Source: Candidatus Nomurabacteria bacterium RIFCSPLOWO2_01_FULL_42_17
Lineage (GTDB): Bacteria; Patescibacteriota; Minisyncoccia; Phycocordibacterales; UBA9973
Reading direction: 5' to 3'
Assembly (NCBI GenBank): GCA_001785985.1
Contig: MFVE01000005.1
Span: forward strand, 16,556-80,555
DNA: 64,000 nt
Position numbers and translations under genes: made by a program. Below are positions 58,083-64,000 of the stretch, piece after piece; position 1 is the stretch's first letter; every line of letters begins with the position of its first letter. Under the pieces are notes generated by a model. The model worked only from the letters and a program-made list of their open reading frames with translations, searched no databases and was not told the origin of the DNA.

Positions 58083-58821
58083 ACTCGTATTCCAATTGTT
58101 CTTTATCTTTTGCTATTTTCCAAGGAGTATCTATGTGCGATAATTCAGATATCTTTTTCGCTGTCATATCAGACAACCTATCAAGCTCCCAATCAATATG
58201 GGCAAGCTCCTGCGCTGACAAAGCTGAAAGATCAATACCAATATTGGGATTTATTAAATACTTCGTCTGGTCATATTGATAAAACTTACTTTTTATAGCT
58301 TCAACTTTACCATCATCCTCTAACTCTTTTATTATTTTAGAAAAAATCACTGGCGTAGGGCCATGAGTATTTTTGATATAACGTGCGCCTATTAACTGTT
58401 CATCAAATTTCTCATAATAATCAAAATCAATAAAATATAACAATTTATAAAGCACGGTCTGGCCAATGTTTGGCTTACCTCCTACTTTTGCAAGAATATA
58501 TAAAAGCACTTGTTTAAATTTTTCTACTCTCTCTTGTGGAACTGAAATACGGTCTGCTACTTTAGGGTTGATTTTTTTTATCTTCTTATCTTTTTTGAAA
58601 ATAACTTCAGGTGTAGAAACTTTGCCATTTTGAATATCTATAATAGAAATATCAAAAATACTACTCAACTCATCAGCTTCTTTCAAAGCAAGCTCTCTTT
58701 TCCCCTGTTCAAAGGCAATATATGAAGAACGGGAAATTCCCAACTTTTTTGCGATTTCCAACTGAGAAAAACCTCTCTCTATGCGAAGTGATTTAATAAA
58801 TGCAAAATATTTATTAGACAT
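58030..58821 (-). CDS. HTH (XRE/Cro-C1) + Panacea (DUF4065, SocA-like) domain antitoxin
   Basis: N-terminal …RGFSQLEIAKKLGISRSSYIAFEQGKR…. C-terminal …GKPNIGQTVLYKLLYFIDFDYYEKFDEQLIGARYIKNTHGPTP… typical of Panacea domains. Confidence 0.65.
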   Translation of the reverse strand: MSNKYFAFIKSLRIERGFSQLEIAKKLGISRSSYIAFEQGKRELALKEADELSSIFDISIIDIQNGKVSTPEVIFKKDKKIKKINPKVADRISVPQERVEKFKQVLLYILAKVGGKPNIGQTVLYKLLYFIDFDYYEKFDEQLIGARYIKNTHGPTPVIFSKIIKELEDDGKVEAIKSKFYQYDQTKYLINPNIGIDLSALSAQELAHIDWELDRLSDMTAKKISELSHIDTPWKIAKDKEQLEYEFAFYRPEETSVGEYEPL

Positions 58822-58926
58822 ACCTTAATGTTATTCTAACAATGTCAGAAAGTCAAGCTTGCATGTGTATAACTATTTGACATCTTAATTCCCCTACTCA
58901 AACAAAAAGTTAAATCAAAAGTTTCT

Positions 58927-59062
58927 GAATTCCACTTTGAATAAAAGCTGCCTGCCCGCAATGCTAAAGCATAGCTTTTGCAGGCGGGGAGAATTTCATT
59001 TTGAGTAATTGTAATGTTTTTACTACACTGACGGCCGTTAGTTTGGTAAACATTAATAATTA
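58927..59062. repeat. Direct repeat 2 (same element as 55948-56090), downstream of the GNAT gene
   Basis: See 55948-56090. Confidence 0.7.
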
Positions 59063-59551
59063 GCTTTGATATTTAGGTAGATTTTCTAAAACCATAACTA
59101 CACGAGGTGTACCGTTACCAAAGTAGTTTTCCTTTCGCTCTGTAATTTTGAACCCAAAAGATTCATACAACTTAACCGCCGCTTTATTCTCCGGGTGGGT
59201 CACAAGCCAAATCTTTGAAGCATCCGAGACTTTAGAAAGGAACTGCTTCATGGCTTCCTTGCCTAAACCTTTGCCTTGAAAATCTGGATCAATACCCAGC
59301 ACATTAAGATAAACCACATTGTCCTCCTGCTTTTCATACTGAATCTGCCCGACAATCTTATCCCCAATTTTTACCATATAAAAAAACTTGTTACCTCCGG
59401 AAATTTGTTCTTTGGTGGTTTCGGGCCAATAAGTCGATCCAGCGAGTTTTTGTTCTAAAGCAAAAAAGGTTTCAAGATCTGCTTCAGTACCCTCTACTAG
59501 AGTAATCGGTTCTAATTCCTGTGGATTGTTTTGCTTACTTAAATTTTCCAT
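59060..59551 (-). CDS. GNAT-family N-acetyltransferase
   Basis: …VGQIQYEKQ…LGIDPDFQGKGLGKEAM… is the acetyl-CoA binding motif A. Confidence 0.85.
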   Translation of the reverse strand: MENLSKQNNPQELEPITLVEGTEADLETFFALEQKLAGSTYWPETTKEQISGGNKFFYMVKIGDKIVGQIQYEKQEDNVVYLNVLGIDPDFQGKGLGKEAMKQFLSKVSDASKIWLVTHPENKAAVKLYESFGFKITERKENYFGNGTPRVVMVLENLPKYQS

Positions 59552-59560
59552 ATATTTGGT

Positions 59561-59633
59561 GTCCGCCCTCTTGGACTCGAACCAAGGACAAGACGAGTAT
59601 AAGTCGTCTGCTCTACCAACTGAGCTAAGGGCG
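59561..59633 (-). tRNA. tRNA-Ile (anticodon UAU) candidate
   Basis: Reverse complement folds with acceptor CCGCCCU/AGGGCGG, D-arm GCUC-AGUUGGUA-GAGC, anticodon stem GACGA/UCGUC, loop CUUAUAC, T-arm CUUGG-UUCGAGU-CCAAG and discriminator A. Confidence 0.75.
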
Positions 59634-60296
59634 GATATTATTACTAATTCGAGAAATATACTTAAGGCTCATCACTATATATTCCCACAAATCTCTATTA
59701 TCAAACATAACACAGCAAGTCCCTTTTCCAAAGCCATTTTTATAAGTTATTGAGCTTAATTTAGTCCTTTTAATATATGACTTTCTAAACTGACTGACTG
59801 GTATTTTAAGCTCTTTTGACCAAAAACCAATACTCTTTTTGATATTCATATCAGAATATAAATGCAATTTTATTTTTAAATTTTTTCTTTTAACATTAAA
59901 AAGTTCTAACCATTTGATGAAAAATTTAAGCATCGATGGATTTGTATTTGTAAGAACCACCGAACCCTTCTGCATTTTAGTACCTTCTCCCCAATATAAA
60001 AAGAGTCCTAATAAGAATATCTCCCGCTCAGAGAAAACACCTATATCTTTAGAAACTTTTTGAAAAACTTTTTCCAAACGAGCTTCTCTTTTCGCTCGCA
60101 TTGTATTCCTAAAACGCTCAATGCGAATAGGACTGTCTGCTTGCAATTCTCTAATTCTTTTTTCTGATAATGGCATATTGTAAAGCCACCCGCTTAAGGT
60201 GCTTTTGCTTATTCCAAGCTTATCTTTTATTTGGCTATAACTCATGCCTTTTCGGCGCATGATTAGAGCCTTTTGTTTGTCTAATTTCCTTGCCAT
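59625..60296 (-). CDS. HTH-domain protein with possible LAGLIDADG-like endonuclease motif (3' end abuts/overlaps tRNA-Ile)
   Basis: N-terminal resolvase-type HTH (…GMSYSQIKDKLGISKSTLSGW…). Central …IFLLGLFLYWGEGTK… resembles a single LAGLIDADG motif. Tentative. Confidence 0.3.
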   Translation of the reverse strand: MARKLDKQKALIMRRKGMSYSQIKDKLGISKSTLSGWLYNMPLSEKRIRELQADSPIRIERFRNTMRAKREARLEKVFQKVSKDIGVFSEREIFLLGLFLYWGEGTKMQKGSVVLTNTNPSMLKFFIKWLELFNVKRKNLKIKLHLYSDMNIKKSIGFWSKELKIPVSQFRKSYIKRTKLSSITYKNGFGKGTCCVMFDNRDLWEYIVMSLKYISRISNNIRP

Positions 60297-60365
60297 AAAA
60301 ATATGAACCTATGGGTGATAGGTACTGGTATAGTATACCATGGTTCGCATATTATAGTAAACATA

Positions 60366-60860
60366 CTACACTCCCCTTTTAGTTCTTAAAGCTACAATCG
60401 CTTTTTTGATGGTATCATACATGACTGGAAGCTCTAAGTAGTCGATGACAATTGCAAACCAAGAAAGCCAAGCAGGTATCATGATCGCTGCGGTGCCCGT
60501 AAATTGCGCATAAATAATCTCATCGGTAATCCAAAACAAATGGAGCCACTGGGAGTTAATGAGGAAAAGAAAAAGTATACTGCGCCACTTTGCACTCTGG
60601 GCACCCTGGCCTAGAGTATATTGATGAATATAGAAAATAGAAGCTGAAATAATCGCCGGTATTTCTGTATAATCTATCAACGCAATGACAGTATTCCAAA
60701 ATGCTCCCGGATTCCAAAAAGAATGATCAAATGCTCTCAAGAAAACTACATTCGTGGTCATCCAATATAGATGCACAATCTGCAACAGAAAAAGGATGGC
60801 CGTGATGGGCGCGATGACTTTATAATTTCTGTCGTACCATTGCCAAAATTTTTTCAGCAT
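60366..60860 (-). CDS. Hypothetical integral membrane protein
   Basis: 164 aa, Trp-rich, with 4 predicted TM helices. Confidence 0.35.
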   Translation of the reverse strand: MLKKFWQWYDRNYKVIAPITAILFLLQIVHLYWMTTNVVFLRAFDHSFWNPGAFWNTVIALIDYTEIPAIISASIFYIHQYTLGQGAQSAKWRSILFLFLINSQWLHLFWITDEIIYAQFTGTAAIMIPAWLSWFAIVIDYLELPVMYDTIKKAIVALRTKRGV

Positions 60861-62797
60861 TAAATTGAAACTGGCGCGGGAGTGATGATTTCTTTTTTCT
60901 TTAGCACTATTCCATGGAGAGTCAATATCTTTTCATATTCCTCTTGTTCTAGAGTTTCCACTTCGATGAGCTGATGCGCTATGGCGTCAAAAGCTTTTCG
61001 ATGCGCGGTCAAAACTTGTTCGGCAGATTTCAATCCATCGCTGATGATTCTAGAAACTTCCGCATCAACTTTAGTGGAAACGGATTCAGAATATTCTTTT
61101 TCTATCAACTCGCCATACTGTGACCTGCCACCACCGGAGACGAGCGCGATCGGACCGATAATATCCGACATCCCCCACCTGGTAACCATGGCCCGAGCCA
61201 GATTTGTCGCCACTTGCAAGTCAGAGGATGGACCAGTCGTTATGTCTCCGAAGATCATTTGTTCCGCCACATATCCACCGAGCGACATCGCGATGTCATC
61301 AATAAATTCTTTTTTAGATTGCAGACGTCGCTCTTCGAGCGGAAGTTTCAAGGTATACCCGCCGGCATTGCCCCTGGCGATAATAGACACTTTGTGCACT
61401 GGATCTGCATAAGGCAAAACCGAAGCCACCAGCGCATGACCGGCTTCATGATACGCAGTGATTTCTTTTTCTTTTTTAGAAAGCAAATGGCTTTTGCGCT
61501 CCGGCCCGAGCATAACTTTCTCGATCGCTCGAATGAGATCAAATTGAAAAACTTTCTTGCGATTCTCCCGAGCGGCCAGAATAGCGCCTTCGTTCATCAG
61601 CGAATACAGATCTGCGCCCGAAAATCCGGGAGTGCGTTCGGCAATTAATTTCAAATTGATATCTTCTGCCAGCGGTTTTTTTATCGCATGAATTTTCAAT
61701 ATTTCCTCGCGATCGGCGCGATCCGGCAAATCAAGCAATACTTTTCTGTCAAAACGACCGGGACGGATAAGCGCTGGATCGAGCACATCTGGACGATTGG
61801 TCGCCGCCATCACGATGACTTTATCATTCGGCTCAAAGCCGTCCATCTCCACCAATATTTGATTTAGGGTCTGCTCCCGCTCATCATTGCCTCCGCCAAA
61901 TCCCCCTCCGCGGGTTCGTCCGATCGCGTCTATCTCATCCACGAAGATTATGGCTGGAGCCGCTTTTTTAGCCATTTTGAAAAGATCTCGCACTCGGGAC
62001 GCTCCAACACCCACGAACATTTCCACAAACTCACTTCCAGATAAGTGAAAAAATGGCACTCCGGCTTCTCCGGCGACGGCTCGCGCCAGCAGTGTCTTGC
62101 CTGTTCCCGGAGCTCCGGTCAGAATAACACCTTTCGGAATTCTCGCTCCGATATCTAGAAACTTTTTAGGACTTTTCAAAAAATCCACAATTTCTTTTAG
62201 TTCCTCTTTCGCCTCTTTGCATCCGGCCACGTCTTTGAAAGTCACCCGGTTGTTCTTATCATTCGGATCAGTGATGCGCGCTTTGGACTGGCCGAAAGAA
62301 AGCGCCTGCATGCCAGCGCCCCGCACCTGCCGCGATAAATACCAAAAGAAAAGCAGAATAAAAACTATGGGCAATAGAAATGGAAGAAGATTTAAAAGCA
62401 CAAACATAAATCCGCTTTCGTTTTTTATTTCTATTTCTGTTTTTGCCAACACTTCGCCCGTGACACCATAATTAAAAAGTGTCTGTGACAAAGATGAGCC
62501 GACTTCTTTCTTGGATGTTTTGACCTCGTCGTTTTGATAAGTGATCGTCAGTTTTTCTCCTTCAACTAAAATCTTTTTTACTTCTCCTATGGATACGCTT
62601 TTAGCCAAATCCGATATCGGAATCTCCGGAGCAACTTTGCCGGTATCAGACACAGCCAAATATATCGCCGTAATGAACATGAAGATAATAACCGTGCTGG
62701 CAATACTGCCCCCAAAGTTGCCCATTCCTTTCCCCTTTTTACCTTTATTTTGGCCCGTGTTCTGATTGGCTTTTTTATTTAGAAAATTAAAATCCAT
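60860..62797 (-). CDS. ftsH: ATP-dependent zinc metalloprotease FtsH
   Basis: AAA+ Walker [13 protein letters not shown], and HEAGH zinc site (…[10 protein letters not shown]…). Confidence 0.95.
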   Translation of the reverse strand: MDFNFLNKKANQNTGQNKGKKGKGMGNFGGSIASTVIIFMFITAIYLAVSDTGKVAPEIPISDLAKSVSIGEVKKILVEGEKLTITYQNDEVKTSKKEVGSSLSQTLFNYGVTGEVLAKTEIEIKNESGFMFVLLNLLPFLLPIVFILLFFWYLSRQVRGAGMQALSFGQSKARITDPNDKNNRVTFKDVAGCKEAKEELKEIVDFLKSPKKFLDIGARIPKGVILTGAPGTGKTLLARAVAGEAGVPFFHLSGSEFVEMFVGVGASRVRDLFKMAKKAAPAIIFVDEIDAIGRTRGGGFGGGNDEREQTLNQILVEMDGFEPNDKVIVMAATNRPDVLDPALIRPGRFDRKVLLDLPDRADREEILKIHAIKKPLAEDINLKLIAERTPGFSGADLYSLMNEGAILAARENRKKVFQFDLIRAIEKVMLGPERKSHLLSKKEKEITAYHEAGHALVASVLPYADPVHKVSIIARGNAGGYTLKLPLEERRLQSKKEFIDDIAMSLGGYVAEQMIFGDITTGPSSDLQVATNLARAMVTRWGMSDIIGPIALVSGGGRSQYGELIEKEYSESVSTKVDAEVSRIISDGLKSAEQVLTAHRKAFDAIAHQLIEVETLEQEEYEKILTLHGIVLKKKEIITPAPVSI

Positions 62798-62854
62798 TTA
62801 AATATGGTAGCATAAAAAAATAAAAAAGTGAAATGTTTTTCAGTTGTAAATTTG

Positions 62855-63252
62855 TGGAGATGGGGGAAATTGAATCCCCGTGCAGAAGGTTTTTGTAAAG
62901 AAGTCTACATACGTAGCGCGCTTTTTGGTTTAAATTAAAAAATTAAGAAACGAGCCAAATATTTTTTAATCGAGTTCTAGATTTTCGTGAAATATTCGAA
63001 CGGATATTTCCTTATCCCGATAATATTGTGCCCCGTCTTATATATCGGAAGTCTATAAGAGAGACATCAGTTACGCCGAAGCGGAAACTGAAGCGAAAGC
63101 AAAGTCATTCATACCGAAGTATGGAGAGACTGCCGCTTTCACTTTGGAAGCTAATTTTGCAATTAAGCTATTGGACGAAGTTTTACGAGATTAGCGTCCA
63201 CACTCGGTATGCATCAATAACAAATGGCCTACTGTCTATGCCTTGCATCCCC
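62855..63252 (-). ncRNA. ssrA: tmRNA (ssrA) candidate
   Basis: 5' GGGGAUG… pairs with 3' …CAUCUCC-A, giving a 7-bp acceptor with G3.U70 and discriminator A (alanine identity). T-arm GGGGA-UUCAAUU-UCCCC. Possible tag frame GCU AAU CUC GUA AAA CUU CGU CCA AUA GCU UAA. Immediately downstream of smpB. Confidence 0.65.
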
Positions 63253-63272
63253 ATATTTTGCTTTCAAGGTTT

Positions 63273-63728
63273 TTATTCTTTACCTCTGATTTCGCGTCTG
63301 ATCTCGCGATCCGTGTCCCGTTTTTTTAGCGTCTCTCGCTTATCAAATTTTTTCTTGCCCTTCACTAGAGCGATTTCTACTTTGATTTTTCTGCCTTTAT
63401 TATACACTGAGATCGGCACGATTGTCAAACTTTTATTCTTCTCGCTTCCTGCCAACCCGGCCGATTCTTTTTTTGTTAGCAACAGTTTTCTATTTCGCAA
63501 TGGGTCATAATCTTTCGGAGCATTTTTGGCCTGATATGGGGGAATATTTGCATTGATCAGATATACTTCTCCCCCGCGAACAATCACAAAAGCTCCCTCC
63601 AGCGACATTTGACCTCCTCGCACTGATTTCACTTCCGTACCCAAAAGCTCAATACCCGCCTCGTATTTTTCTAAAATTTCATAATTAAATCTCGCCTTTC
63701 TGTTTTCTGCGTAAGGAGACATAGTCAT
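63273..63728 (-). CDS. smpB: SsrA-binding protein
   Basis: …NRKARFNYEILEKYEAGIELLGTEVKS… is the SmpB signature. Confidence 0.9.
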   Translation of the reverse strand: MTMSPYAENRKARFNYEILEKYEAGIELLGTEVKSVRGGQMSLEGAFVIVRGGEVYLINANIPPYQAKNAPKDYDPLRNRKLLLTKKESAGLAGSEKNKSLTIVPISVYNKGRKIKVEIALVKGKKKFDKRETLKKRDTDREIRREIRGKE

Positions 63729-63821
63729 ATATTATCACATTGTTGACTTTAAGCCCTAAGTACGCTATTATCCTGTAATCAAAGGTTTCAAAGAGACTTA
63801 TTGAGGTATTTATAATATCCA

Positions 63822-64000
63822 TTGCGTGAAAGAATAAACAACCAAATACGGGCGACGGAACTTCGGGTTTTGGACAGTGAAAATAAAAATCTCGGTGTTT
63901 TTCCAATAAAAGAAGCGCTGGAAATGGCCCAAAAGGCCAGCTTGGATTTGATTGAGATAGGGCCGAATGCGACTCCCCCATTAGCAAAATTAATGGATTT
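63822..64000 (+). CDS. infC: Translation initiation factor IF-3 (N-terminal part; likely non-AUG start; continues beyond window)
   Basis: The frame gives …RINNQIRATELRVLDSENKNLGVFPIKEALEMAQKASLDLIEIGPNATPPLAKLMD, matching the IF-3 N-domain. The nearest in-frame start is TTG at 63822 (ATA is also possible). Confidence 0.8.
   Translation, partial: MRERINNQIRATELRVLDSENKNLGVFPIKEALEMAQKASLDLIEIGPNATPPLAKLMD

Noticed and set aside
59625-60296. Integrase or transposase next to tRNA-Ile
   Set aside because: The ORF has an HTH but no tyrosine- or serine-recombinase or DDE motifs. At best it is a degenerate LAGLIDADG-like protein. No bona fide integrase is present in the window.
63028-63510. 160-aa plus-strand ORF between ftsH and smpB
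   Set aside because: It overlaps the smpB coding region and the tmRNA candidate. Its composition is odd (Ser/Leu/Phe-rich) and there is no homology signal. The tmRNA interpretation explains the region better.

Overview
This is an AT-rich bacterial window with the small, densely packed, domain-fused genes typical of a reduced Patescibacteria/CPR-like genome. It appears to use the standard genetic code. Housekeeping genes present are rpoC (5' part), rpoB, trmD, rpsP, rnr, rnc, nusB, rpmF, thrS, gyrB, pheS, truB, ligA, recG, ftsH, smpB with an apparent tmRNA, and the start of infC. It also carries a complete 12-kb monoderm-type type IV pilus/competence cluster (28.6-41.1 kb: pilM-N-O, pilB, a REC-only regulator, pilT, pilC, two pilA, pilD, four minor pilins, comFC), two two-component modules and four tRNAs. 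The most notable features are: (1) a 3.3-kb cassette (44.56-47.86 kb) bounded by 117-bp near-perfect inverted repeats, encoding a collagen-like plus phage-tail-fibre-like surface protein with a C-terminal intramolecular-chaperone (endosialidase-type) domain, split by a G10 homopolymer tract; (2) a 3-gene module (Pif1-like helicase, putative toxin, HTH-Panacea antitoxin) bracketed by about 72-bp direct repeats; (3) two families of short repeats inserted in frame into essential genes; (4) a 12-nt motif TCCCGTTAGAAR placed at or near the start codons of pilB, comFC, a FIST sensor and rnr; and (5) several unusual domain fusions (PheS-FDX-ACB, NusB-Nudix, DD-carboxypeptidase-CapA, SMC heads with a Rad50-type zinc hook). 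No CRISPR array, rRNA, transposase or integrase was seen.
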